NCBI GenBank assembly: GCA_051294375.1
Contig: CM119266.1
Location: 287,132-351,131 of the forward strand
Reading direction: 5' to 3'
DNA: 64,000 nucleotides
From: Paraspadella gotoi
Lineage: Eukaryota > Animalia > Chaetognatha
Made by a program: the position numbers and the translations under genes
Shown here: positions 27,452 to 39,700 of the stretch, piece after piece
How the letters are laid out: every line of letters begins with the position of its first letter
Position numbering within the stretch: the stretch's first letter is position 1
Notes under the pieces: model-generated
What the model saw: the letters and a program-made list of their open reading frames with translations, nothing else
Databases searched by the model: none
Told to the model about the DNA's origin: nothing

Positions 27452-27989
27452 CAGTAGATCATTTTCCGGTCTTCCTTAATTGCTTCGTCACGGATTCGCT
27501 GCTCTTTTCTCCCTCTTGATGTGGGGCGTGAATCGTGAAGGATGTGAAACTTAAAGGGGTGAGGGGCTAAGGGCGGTGAATCTGAATTTGCTCACTGTGA
27601 TCGATTGGGATAATGATAACCGCTAAATTGGAACGAATCTGGAGTAATAAGTCCGATGCTTATTGTTTAATGAATATAAGTTAAATACTTAGATAAAATA
27701 TATCTTTAGCTACAACATATCTATTTTAGGCAAAAGCACACGAAATTTTCAGAAGAAAATCTCGAATAGCTGAAGTTATCTGAAACCTCGTTTGTCCGTA
27801 CTTGTCCGAACGAATCACCTTTCCATTCTAATCACCTCGTACGACTGCTCGTCCGATCGATCTTCACGCTCATTCACACCCGCCCCCCTCCAAATTCACC
27901 CCCCCAAATTCGCTGCCGTCGAACTCAATTTTGATTTCCTCCTAATCATCAAGCACTCGAACTGACCCGTAAAATCTTCCTTTAAATCC

Positions 27990-28020
<31 letters not shown>

Positions 28021-28326
28021 ATCCTAATCTTTTTTCTCTTGCTCCTCCGCCTCCTCCTCTTCTTTTTCTTATTTCGATATTACAATTATATATTCATATT
28101 AAATTACAACTTCGCTTTCTTTCTTCTTTCACGTTTATAATTATATATTATAATTATAATTATATTCAATTATAATTGTACGACTACTCTCTCCTTTCTC
28201 GCTCTTTCTCCTTATATTCCTATTTGTCCCTTTTTCTCCCTTTCGTACCAGTATATGAAATTGGTACAACCAATATAAAAATTATCCATTCATTTAATAA
28301 ATAAGCTATCTTGCCCCTGACTTTGG

Positions 28327-28443
<117 letters not shown>

Positions 28444-29483
28444 AATGGCGTAATTTTCGTAAAAGTTTCAGTTCGTCAAGTCGTATTGTGTATGCTTTTA
28501 ACTCAATCTTCTTGTTAATACTTTTGCGTTGCTCTACATCTATCCATGATGTCCATGTGAACTTTAATTCTATTTCTACTGTTTAATGAATTTAAAAAAG
28601 CATTCAAAATGTTGCTAATTGCCTATCAACGTGTTTTTAAACGAAAAAAAATGGCGCGACATTAGTAAAAGATAATATTTAGGCAATGGACAACAAAAGG
28701 GTCGAGTGGTCATAAAATTGTTCATCACAACATACAACGACAACAATTTTTATGCAGGCCACCACCGATCATCAGTTTTAGAACAGATTTTGGAGTTCGG
28801 TCGTGACGAAAATTATATAACTGTTGATGTTCTTATGTTTTATTTTTAATTGTCACGATTCTCTTGACAGATAAGAACGTCCTCTCGCGAAAATAAAGGC
28901 TGCCCTTTTTTTCTTGCAGATATAAAACGAAAATACTTTAATTAGTTTAAAAGACTTGATGCACATTTGCTATTTATTCTTAAATATTAAAACATTTAGC
29001 TTAACAATTTTTGGTGTCGATAAATTAACTTATATTTATTATTTTGTAGATCACTAAAAAGTTCACATAGAAAAAAAAGCTCGGAAATCAATTTTCTGTG
29101 ATAATCTTAGACAAGATAAGACGGAACACGAGAGCAGAGAATAGCTACTTTTAAAATTGTTTAATTTGCCCAGTATCATTTCCGCGAGAGAAAAAAAATA
29201 CATTATTTTCACCCGTAATATTTTAACAACGTCTTCTCGATTTCATTTCGGTCTTCGGAAGAAAGAACTCTTCCAATCTTATTTTCTAATTATAAGCATT
29301 TTTCTCCATTGCCACAGTTCTACACTAAATGATTTCATACAGTAAAATTGTACGTAGAAAACCGTTTGATTTCGTTTCGTCGCTCACTAATCCAAAACCT
29401 CCGCCTTCAAACTCTCGAGTAGCCTGTCAGAATTCGCGACACCATTCACTCATCGGCCAACCACACTCAACCCCCCCCCCACC

Positions 29484-29705
29484 ATGTCGTCGTCCAACTC
29501 TTCATCCTCTTCCTCCTTCTGCCCGGCCAACGTCTCCATCTTCGACGCCGACGACGCCGTCTCTGTCTGCTTCCACCAAACGCTCGGCTCCGTCCTCCTC
29601 TTCCTCGTCGCCGTCGCCGCCCTTCCCAGGATAACTAGTTACATCCGGGAGTCGAAGCCGCTTGATCCGAATGAGAGGGTCAATCGAACGGCTTATTGGG
29701 GACAG
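29484..29705 (+). CDS. ABCB6: ABCB6/HMT-1-like ABC half-transporter, exon 1 (TMD0 start)
   Basis: ccaccATG; MSSSN...FCPANVSIFDADDAVSVCFHQTLGSVLLFLVAVAAL has the two lumenal Cys and first TM expected of TMD0. Donor CAG|gttggt, phase 0. Confidence 0.72.
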
Positions 29706-30272
29706 GTTGGTTAAGCCAAAACTATCTTTTCGAATTACCGGCTTAACTTCAGCAGCCGGTTAATTCGAAAAGATAGTATTGTAAAAATAATTAAGAACTA
29801 TACTCCTTAGTATGATCCTTGATCAAGTTTAAAAGCTTTAAGCTATTAGCTATCGGCTTGACGTCATCGAATCGCTTTTATGTGCCTGAGAAGACGGGTA
29901 CGAAAATCTTAAATCTGTCATACAAACTAATGTTCAATATTCACGAGCTAATCTAATTTTAATATACATACTGTGGCGGTATATTCGCTATATTCGGTAT
30001 ATACGATGGTGGACGTGAGGCGGTGTGAATATACCGCCACAATACATTTATTTTTTGAAATGTTTGAGAAAACATTACATTCCATAGCAATTCAGTTAGC
30101 ATTTGACTGAATTTTTAATGATCATTAAATTTTAATTTAAAAATAAATAATTTAATAATAAATAAATAACCACAATATCAGAAATTAGCATTAAATTTAC
30201 AGATATTTACTGATATCGAATATCTCAATCAATATCATGAAAAGTTTTGCATGAAAACAAAAAAATAATTGC

Positions 30273-31654
30273 TTATAAAATGACACAAGACCGTTCATCA
30301 ACATCTAATCGGCTTTTTCGTGGGACCATCACGGCTTTTATCAGTTTATCCCTATCGGCTTTGATATCATCGTAGCGAGCCCGGGGTGGAAAACTTGTGG
30401 CAAAACTTAGATCGATGCTCTGCATGCTTTCTTCGATATAATAATGCCGAGTTATGTCCACTCCCAGTAGTTGCCCCAACTGCAATAAATTTCTTGTAAT
30501 TAACGCGGGAGTCAAGTCGTCGGCTTTATTGTACACGAATACGAAATTGTGCATAAAATCGTTGTATTTGAGCCAACTCATGTATTGCTTGAGAGCTTCC
30601 GCGTGAACACTCTCGATTCGTCCAGAGAGAACAACGACGACGACGTCAATGTGGACCATGTTGACCTTGACTTTATCCTTGATGCAGTTGTAGACCTCGT
30701 TTTTGGTCATAAGGGAATCGCAAAGGCCAATTGTGTCGATGACATTCACCCTGGTTTGATTCACTCTCGCTCCCTCCATTTCCCATGTAGGAATGTATGT
30801 TCCCTTAAAAAACGAGACGTCTCTAGTGACAGACAAAGCGCCGGGGGCTGATTTACTGACTTCCTTGTTGAACAACAAATTGATCAATCGCGACTTGCCC
30901 GATCCAGTTGGCCCGAGAAAAAGGATGCTGTAATTACTGTTGTCGTATCCTTCAAGATGCCTGCACTGCTGACGAAACTCTAACATGATGGAGCACTCGT
31001 AGTAAATCAGTGAGCCACAGCCGAAAACGTCGTCCTCGACGATATTTTCAGGTGTTGTGTTGATTAGTTTGCAATGTTCTTTCGTCAGATACGAATTGAA
31101 TTGACTCCGAATCTTTCCATTTTCGTTGACCATTTGAAACGAAACCCAAGTGCCGCAATAGATGTACCGAGCGAGGTGTTCGCCGTTTCTAAGGCAGATG
31201 GAATAGTTGATTGCGCCGCAAACTTGAGACATCCGTTGCTTAACTTCGTCGGTCAGACTGAAAATGAAAAACCCAACTAGTTTCTTATCATATAAACATT
31301 GGGAATGGGAATTTGCTATATGACGAACCTGAAGTTTTGATGAACAATGTAAAAAAGTTGGTTTGTGATCAGATTAACAAAACCATTCTTGTCATCGTGA
31401 ACCTTGACTGTAGTACAGCCGGGTTCCCCACTTCCAAATTCAATAAACCATTTTCCGTCCGTTACGAACCAGTGTTCAAAGTCAAAACTTCCATTAAATG
31501 AAGCGTTAATATGACAAAGCAGTAAATTTTCCTCAAAATTTTCAATGTCCCTTAATTGTCTCTCTCGGATTGAATCGTTGTACTCCAATTTATGAGGCTT
31601 ATCCCACGTGATCTTCTCAGACTCAAAGGCAGGTGATGAAGTAGAACTTCCCAT
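30273..31654 (-). CDS. LRAT/NlpC-P60-like (Cys-to-Gly) domain fused to AIG1/GIMAP-like GTPase, paralog A, 436 aa
   Basis: Exons 31654-31329 and 31257-30273 (71-nt GT-AG intron, phase 2). N-terminus MGSSTS; EHWFVTDG..FIEF; YSICLRNGEHLARYI; G1 GPTGSGKS, G2 SVT, G3 DTIG, G4 NKAD; C-terminus CVIL. Confidence 0.85.
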
Positions 31655-31810
31655 TTTGAAGTAGGAGTTGCTGAGGCCAAAATACGACAAACTTACTTTA
31701 ATTAGAAAAATACTGAAAATGGTCTAAGAAAAACAGGAACTTGAATTTAAAAAAGTGGTTTCTTTTTTATTTTGGCGAGTCAGAGGTTATTTAAGACTTT
31801 TACTTGATCG

Positions 31811-32663
31811 AACTTTTTCAGCAAAACGTCTGCGAAGCAGACGATTTGCCGATAAAGTTGTATACACTGCGGCGCAAAAAAAAGTAGCCACAAGATAGCT
31901 TTAAGTATACCATTATTTCTTTTTTAATTTAAAAAATATATATAAAAAGTATAGCTTATTTAAAAAGCTATCGATTGGTGCAAGATTTTTTTTAAAGGTC
32001 AGAACTGATGGCACTTTTTAAATGATGTTTACAATATAAAATTAACAAAATCATAATGGAATTAAATATATAAAAAGGATGGCAATAAATTTGCATTACT
32101 TTTTTATAAAAATATTTTTTAATTATTACCAAATATAGTATTTTAATAAAAAATATTAAAAACAATTAATTTTTTTATTTATTTCAAAATCAAAAAGTAA
32201 TTTTATGATAAAAATAAAAATATTAATATAATTGTAAGAATTTTTATTAGTCTAATTTAATATAAATGCTATAAAAAACTTTGATATGAAAAAGCTTTAA
32301 AAGTAACCTTGAGTAAGTTATCATTTTTTTTTATTTTTAAAAGATTGTTTTTTATATAGATTTTTTATTTATTTTAATTTGATTTAGATTAAAAATTGTT
32401 AATACATATCCTTACAGATATTTTATACTAAATTTGTTCAGCTAATTTTATATTATAAATCTATTGTATTAAGAAAGGTTTCTTAATATGCAATACAACA
32501 TTTTTTTATTATTAAGACTATATGTTTCGACTCTGTTGGTTCAAGTTTTTATCAGCTTTTTGAAAAAAAAGTGTGTAAAAGAAGTGGCTACTTTTTTTTC
32601 GCCGCAGTGTATACAACTTTATCGGCAAATCGTCTGCTTCGCAGACGTTTTGCTGAAAAAGTT
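31811..32663. mobile_element. MITE-like element with ~80-bp terminal inverted repeats
   Basis: 31811-31891 aactttttcagcaaaacgtctgcgaagcagacgatttgccgataaagttgtatacactgcggcg...gtagccac is the reverse complement of 32584-32663. Interior is very AT-rich and non-coding. No clear TSD. Confidence 0.75.
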
Positions 32664-32749
32664 GTATAATTTTTTTGTTAGAAAAGAATAGATATAGACC
32701 GGGATGATGTTTTACAAAATTGATTTTGTTAGTTAGTAAGTTTATCCTG

Positions 32750-32870
32750 AAGAGACAGTAATTATTGTGTTTAATTTTTAATTATTTTTAATTATTAATG
32801 ATAGAACCGTTCAATATAAGCAGTCCCTGAGCTTTGGATCAGGCTGTAACACCGCGTTATAGGCGGGTTA
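32750..32870 (+). mobile_element. Truncated copy of the ~230-bp interspersed repeat
   Basis: gaagagacagta...agaaccgttcaatataagcagtccctgagctttggatcaggctgtaacac matches the 10325 copy. Confidence 0.65.
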
Positions 32871-33605
32871 TTACTTTTTTACAAGGCCGAGATCCGGGAC
32901 CATTGGTTTCGGAGATGAAGCGTTAGCCCAGTGAACTGTTACGAAGCTGATGGAAGCAACAGTCGTATCCAACGGGTAGTGATATTACGTCGCAACAATG
33001 TCGTCAGTTTAATTTCGTATTCCCTGTTTTTTCGGCAGATAGAAAAATAAAAATTTCGCCAAACACTGTCGGACCGACAGTGTCGGTCCCTTTCTTTGGA
33101 TTTTTATTTTTTTCTATGACAAAAAGTTTGAATAAGAACAAACAACAAAATAAATCGTTGTTTGCTCTAATTCAAACTCTTCACATAATATTTTTTTCTA
33201 AAACTTAAAAACCATTCAAAAGCATAACTGCTCATATCGCAGAAAATAAACTATAACTCTGGCACTTCAAATCATGTTTAAAGTTAACTAAATTAAATTA
33301 AATTAAAATTAACTATAACTCTGGCTCTTCAAATCATATGTTTAAAGTTAATTTTACTATTTTTAATAAACTCAAAGCGGAAAGTCTTGACAAACTATGT
33401 ATTTATTAACAACGCATAATGTTGGAGTAAAATATTCTGTTTATTATCAATTATCTCTTGAAAAAAAAATATCTTCGCGAAAGATAGTTAATTTTATAAT
33501 CCCTAAAAATACTGCGATAAAGAAGTCAATTAGTCAGTGTGTAAAAGTTTAAATATTTCTCTTTCAAAAATGACTAATTTTTCATAAAAAAAGTAAATGA
33601 TTTTC

Positions 33606-34981
33606 TCACAGAATAATACAAGAACTTTCATTTACTTCTATACGGGTTTTGCGAGGAACCATAATCGCATTGATCAACTTTTCCCTGTCTGTTTTAATAT
33701 CCTTGTATTCGGCTCGCGGTGAAAAGCTGGTGGCCATTGTAAGATCTATGCTCTCCATGTTATCACACAAAAAGTAATGCTTAGTTATATCTATGTCCAA
33801 AAGTTCTCCCATATTCAGCAAATTGCGGGTGATCAAGGAAGGCGTTAAATCGTCGGCTTTGTTGTAAACAAAAACAAAATTAAACTGAAAGTCTACGTAT
33901 TGTAGCCAACCCAAGTATTCTTTTAGAGCGTCGGCGTGGACTTTTTCAATTCTTCCTGACACGACGACGACTACCACGTCCATGTGGACCAGGTTAACTT
34001 TGACCTTATCCTTGATGCAATGGTAGACTTCATTTTTGGTCATGAGAGAATCACAAAGGCCAATTGTGTCGATGACATTCACTTGGCGTTGATTCACACT
34101 CGCTGCTCCAGCGACATCGATAATGGGTTTGAATCTTCCTTTAAGAAAGACTACGTCTCTTGTAACTGACAAGGCACCGGCAGAGGACTTGCTCACTTCC
34201 TTATTAAAGAGCAGATTAATCAATCGTGACTTTCCTGATCCCGTGGGTCCGAGGAATAGAATGCTGTAATTACTGTCGTCGTATTCTTTAAGCCACTTGG
34301 ATTTTTCAGTGAACTGAACCATAAGTTTGCATTCTGAATAAAGAATGTTTTCCCCGTCGATTTCGTCCCGCTCGTCGATATTTTCCGGAGGTGTGTTGAT
34401 CAGTTTGCGATGGTCTGCGGTAAAATATTTCTCGTAATTTTTGCGAATCTTCCCGGTTCCGGCGGCCATTTGGAAGGAAACCCATGTGCCGGAATGGATG
34501 TAGCGAGCGAGATGTTCTCCGTTTCGAAGGCACAAGGAGTAATTGATTGCGCCGCAAACTTTGGACATCCGACGTTTGACTTCTTCAGTCATGCTAGAAA
34601 TTCAATCGTCGTTTCATGAAAGAGTTTTAGACTTTTAAGGTAAGTTTAAACGTACCTAAAATATTTGTGAACAATGTACGAGAGTCTTCCCGTTTTAGAA
34701 TCAGTAAAATGCTTCATGTTATTGTGAACCCGGACAGCAACGATGTGGCTCGCGTCTGTTCTGAATTCAAAGAACCAAATTCCATCGGTGATGAACCAAT
34801 GTTGGAAGAGAACTTTTCCGAAACGTTTCACATCTCTGTCACAGATTTGAAGCGTTTCGCCAAAGTTTTCCAGATCCTTCAATTGTTGAGCGCGAATTAT
34901 TTCGTCGTAAACTAGTCGGTGAGGCCGATTCCAAGATCTCTTCTCAGATTCGACGGACGGCCATGTTGACGAATTTCCCAT
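33606..34981 (-). CDS. LRAT/NlpC-P60-like (Cys-to-Gly) domain fused to AIG1/GIMAP-like GTPase, paralog B, 437 aa
   Basis: Exons 34981-34656 and 34593-33606 (62-nt intron at the same position and phase as paralog A). MGNSST; QHWFITDG..FFEF; YSLCLRNGEHLARYI; GPTGSGKS/DTIG/NKAD; C-terminus CIIL. Confidence 0.85.
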
Positions 34982-35513
34982 GTTTTAAAGTGACAGGCAA
35001 TTCCTGGCAATGAGGTATGGGGGGTCAATGTTTATAAAAGGCGTCCTGGCGTCCTCTATGTAAATTCAACTCTTTTAATTTTTAAAATGTATAGGAGATT
35101 AGAAAGTAGCATATATTTGGTCACATTCGAAACACATTCGACAAACTGAGAAGTCAAAATAAAAAGAACTTCTTACCCCAAATTGCGCTTGTTTTTACTG
35201 GTATCACTGAGTACAAAATTGTTAATGACAACTATAGTCAATAGTCGGTTTAGTTTTTGCGTTTACAAGATTAAACTGCGTCTCTTGCCAATTGGCCGTT
35301 TTCTGACGCGGCCACATTTGGCTAACGTCATATTATTCGTCGTATTATTAAAAAAGTCGAAAATTAAACAAAAAGTTTAGAAAACTTTCTCTTCTTCTTC
35401 CTCCTCCTCATCACCCAACGAGTCATCTTCCTCTCTTTTTAACCCCCCCCTCTCCAACTCCCTCTCCCCATTCCCATTCTCTTCTCTCCTTCCCTCTCCC
35501 CCTCTCTCTCTAG

Positions 35514-35846
35514 CTCCTCCTCGTCCTCCTCCTCCTCCTCGAGCCCCTCTTCCGCCTCTCCCTCTCCTCCTTCTCCCATCCTCCCTTCCTCGTCTTCGAC
35601 TTCGAGGTCCTCCTCTTCTTCCTCGACTCCGCCTCCTACTCCGTCTCCCTCTTCCTCGTCCACTCCGAATGTACGCGGCACCTGGGAGGCGGGCGCCGCT
35701 GCCTCGGCGTCGGCGTCGGCGGCCGCTGCGGACGAGGACACTCGGCGCTGCTGCGAGGATTTTGGGTCGTCGCCTTCGCCAGGCAGAACGCGTTCTTTGC
35801 CGATTGGCCGGACGGAGGCTTTTGGAGGAGGGAGGATTGGACGGAG
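35514..35846 (+). CDS. ABCB6: ABCB6/HMT-1-like, exon 2 (TMD0 helices)
   Basis: Polypyrimidine tract and tag| acceptor. 333 nt open frame LLLVLLLLLEPLFRL...RGHSALLRGFWVVAFARQNAFFADW, resembling ABCB6 RHS.GLLLLWTVAFAAENL...SW. Donor GAG|gtgatt, phase 0. Confidence 0.75.
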
Positions 35847-36152
35847 GTGATTCGATCGATTCGATTGATTCATTGAAATAGAATAGTTTGTTGGTTAGCT
35901 AATTGTTTTATTTATAAATGCGTTTAATTATCGCTTTGATTATTTTTTAAACAATTTTTTTTTGTATGTAATGATTAATTTTTTGGGTGGGGATTGATAT
36001 TGATGAATTGAATGATTTTTTTTATTTATCAATTTATTTTGTTAAATAATAAGATTATTAACCGACTATTGATTGATTGATGGATTGAGTGAATGCTTTA
36101 CTCATTTGAAATTGATTGATTGATTATAAATCTCTACACTTGAATTGTTCAG

Positions 36153-36266
36153 CGTGACGACTTCAATCTCTGGCTCGTTCGATATTTGGCGACTGGACTG
36201 TCATTAGTCGCTTCCATCGTCTCTCTCGCCGTCGTCGGTAACGTCATCGCCCGATCCGGTTATGAG
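36153..36266 (+). CDS. ABCB6: ABCB6/HMT-1-like, exon 3 (last TMD0 helix)
   Basis: ttgttcag|RDDFNLWLVRYLATGLSLVASIVSLAVVGNVIARSGYE|gtaaac. 114 nt, phase 0; cf. ABCB6 F.LWVLRY. Confidence 0.75.
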
Positions 36267-36746
36267 GTAAACACTGAACGCCGATATTATCGTATTTACA
36301 TTTTTAGTCAGACAATTATTAAACGGTAAGATTAAACAACCAGTAGCCCTTTTTTTTTCTCCAGATATTATTTAAAATAATTTATCACTACCATTTCAAT
36401 TATTGAGTATTTCTGAGTATTTTTGAGTAAAAGAGGATAATATTCTATTTTTAGAACTAAAATTTCGGTTACGAGATTTCGTTTTATTTCTAATTCAACT
36501 TGGTTGATTCAGTACAGACAATAATTTCAAACTAGTTTAGGTTTAATGTCAGCTTGCTAAAAAAAAATCAAGTTACTATATATGAATAAAAGTCAATGAA
36601 CGGTGCAGCATATAGGTCAATCCATGTTCACTCCTCTTTTTTCATCCTCTTCATTTTTTTCCTCATCATTTTCATCCAATGAATAATTAATTCACTCTGC
36701 TCTTTATTACCCGGTCAAAAGATCTTCTTTTTTTCCTCTTCTAATA

Positions 36747-39700
36747 TCATTCGTCTCCTTTTTCTCCTCCTTCTCTTCCTCCTCCTCCTCCTCCTCCTCC
36801 AGCCCTGACGACTTCGACGCAAAACGGATATTTCGAAAATCCCAACTGAAGGATGTTGTCTTTGTCCCTGATTGGTCGCCCGTCGAGAGAGATCCTCAAG
36901 TCCTCGGATCGAACCCGCTCCCCAGTTACATCCTCTAAGTTCCGGATGTAACTGGCTTTTAGAGCTTTTGCATTGAACTTCCTCTTGAAGTCGAAGAGAT
37001 ATTCGATCGCTTCGTCGGTTGGAAATCGAGCCGATCGGACGAGGCACTGCAGCTTGGAGACGCGCACCTCGGATCCTTCCAAAACCGGAATCGAGGGAGG
37101 TTGTTTCGGCGTCGTTTCCTTGTTTAGGTTGTTTTTCGAGACTTTGGGATTGTTTTGGACGCCTTTTGTTTTGTTTCCATATACTTTTTGAATCGTTTCT
37201 TGATCTTTGGTCTCCGAATGATCATCGTGGTTTTCCCTATTGTTTTTCCGAACGACGAGACATTCTAAGATGTCGCTGCCTTGTTCGGTGATTGCCAGCA
37301 GATCCTCCAGCCGTGTCTGCGGCCAGAGACGCCCCACATCTTCCAAGATCCTCTCCGCGACGAGTCGTCCGTCGATTTTCACGTTTGGCTCGTCCGTAGG
37401 AAATCTTAGGATTTTCTGGTCGGTCACCAGGTACCGAGTTCGAGGTTCGTAGTAGAGAAACGTCACCCTCACGGAGTTTTCCCGTAACAAGGGATGCAGG
37501 GCCCCGTCTATTAACCCTTTCTCGTTGAGGCACTTTTCAAGTTTCCAAAATTCACGAAAGTACACGTTCTTCTCGATTTGCGATGGAAATTTTAATTTTC
37601 GATAGACGTAAGTCGCGTACAAGTACACGTAGGGAAATCTTTCCAGAAAATATTCGTACAACTGCTCGGGCGTCGGATCTTCGACCTTCAAGGCACTCAA
37701 CATCGTCGGCTTCTCTTCGCTGGCGTGATTTAAGACGTTCCTCACGAATCGAATCAAGTCGCCGCTTTTGGTAATTTTGTATCCGTTGTGAGTGAAGCCG
37801 AAGGTGACCAACATTTCCGAGGGGAGCAGTTTGTCCCAAGATCCTCGTCCGCCGACAATCAAACTCGAGTTTTCAATCTCTTCGAGTTTGAGACGAGATT
37901 CGCTCTTAGCGAATTTCAAGTTTCCCAACAAGACTTTTATTTTGTTGAGCAAAACGAACACTTCGCTGACTGATTGAAAAGCGGGGCATGCAAGAGCTTC
38001 CCGAGCCTCAAATCCCTCGCAAAGAGCAAGACACAGCACCTGGAATTCCACGCTTGGTTTGGTTTGGATCGACTCGATGATCTCAGCGGCGCATTGCAGG
38101 TCGAAGCGACGGTACTGCTTTGCCAGCTTGGAGTCGGTACCGGCGGTGGTGAAATCCCAAAAGTCGCCTATCTTTAGAGTCGGGTTGTCTGGAAATCCGC
38201 AGAGGAATGTGGAGTTGAGCGACAAGCCCAGATGAAAAATCGGCGGGGACAGAGAATGCAAATGAGCCAATCCGCTTAAGAGCTGTCCGCATAACTGATC
38301 TCTATCCAATCTCATTTGTCCTGAGTCGCTGAGCTCCAGCCCTTGTTGCAGATCGCTCAACCAACGCTCGAGATATGAAATGCCTTTGACCAAATGTTTG
38401 AGGCTAAGTTCAGTGGAAAATCCGTGCAGAAGAAGAATGTTGCTGTGGATGATAGTTTGATGAGTCTTTGACTTTCTCACAAAGTCGCTTCTATTTCCAA
38501 AACTTCCGAGCGCAATCGTTTTGTAAATGGGAAATTTTTTTTTTAAACGCATTATTATATTAAGGGAATGAATTATTTTACAAAGAATTAGAACGCAGAT
38601 AATAAATAGTATAGAGCCTGGGATGTAGTATATTTCGATGTCGCAAACTCGAACCGATCGTTTGAGAGAATCGTTCGAAGAGCATTCAAACCCTTCCATT
38701 GCTTGGTACCGAATGGCGTGAGAGAAAAGATAGATCGAAGAACAAGGATTGCAATTCCAAGAATTTCCTCTCGCTATTATTTTCGTATTCTTCAACTGTT
38801 TTATCTCCGATGGCAAATCGCTCAGTTGGTTGTGAGACAAGTCTATCGTTTCCACGGTTGGAATTTTTAAAATAGACGCGTGAGCAGAGAATTCCGTGAT
38901 ATTATTATGACTAAGATTTAACAGCTTCACGTAAGCAAATCCGTAAATCCCGACTCGTGTGATCCTATTGATCAGATTTTTGCTCAAGTCCACAGAGACG
39001 AAAGGTTTGACGTTATTTCTGCGAGACGTCACAAAGACGTTTGTGATCTGATTATCAGAGGCTTCGATGTGCTGAAAAGTGTCCGGGGCGTTTTGATTGA
39101 GGTCCAGGGACAGTTCGAACAAGTTGTTTGAATTTAGTTTGATGTGAGCGATTCTGCTGTCGGTAAAAGCGTTTGGAGTGATGTATTGTATTTGATTGTT
39201 CGAGAGATCCAACAGATTAGCCGAAATTCCCGAAAATTGTCGAAATTTGACGGTGGTGATGCGGTTTTCCGAGAGATCGAATACGGACTCGTTCCCGAAA
39301 TTCGTCAGAACCAACGCGCCGAAAGAATTCTTCCAATCGTTCCAACGTGCTTGGAGCTTGGTCACGGTGATTTCGACTTTCTTATCCTTCAAAGGCGCCG
39401 CGCAGCCGAGAATATACAACTGGTTCAGTTTTCTAGAAGTTTGGAAGAAATCGTCGAGCGTTAAAGCGCTTTCGTCGATCTCCATAGAAACGTTGTGACA
39501 ATATTTGCTCCTTTCCGTTTCGCTTTTACCCGCATAGTTCAATGAGCAGCAGCCGAACCTGATGTCGACGAGGTAACTGTTCTTGAATGACTCTTGCGGA
39601 ATTCTCTTTAACGGATTACGAATAATTGAAAAGTATAGCAGATTCGTAAGATTTCTCATTAGATTCACATCGATTTCTGAGAAATTGTTGTCGTCCAAGC

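Noticed and set aside
29720-30045. Short inverted repeats at ~29720-29778 and ~29972-30041
   Set aside because: Real but short (17-20 bp stems), with no further evidence of function; probably small repeat remnants.
35439-35873. 144-aa acidic minus-strand ORF (MNQSNRS...EEEEED)
   Set aside because: It is the antisense shadow of the Leu/Phe-rich ABCB6 exon 2 on the plus strand, which has proper splice sites and family similarity.
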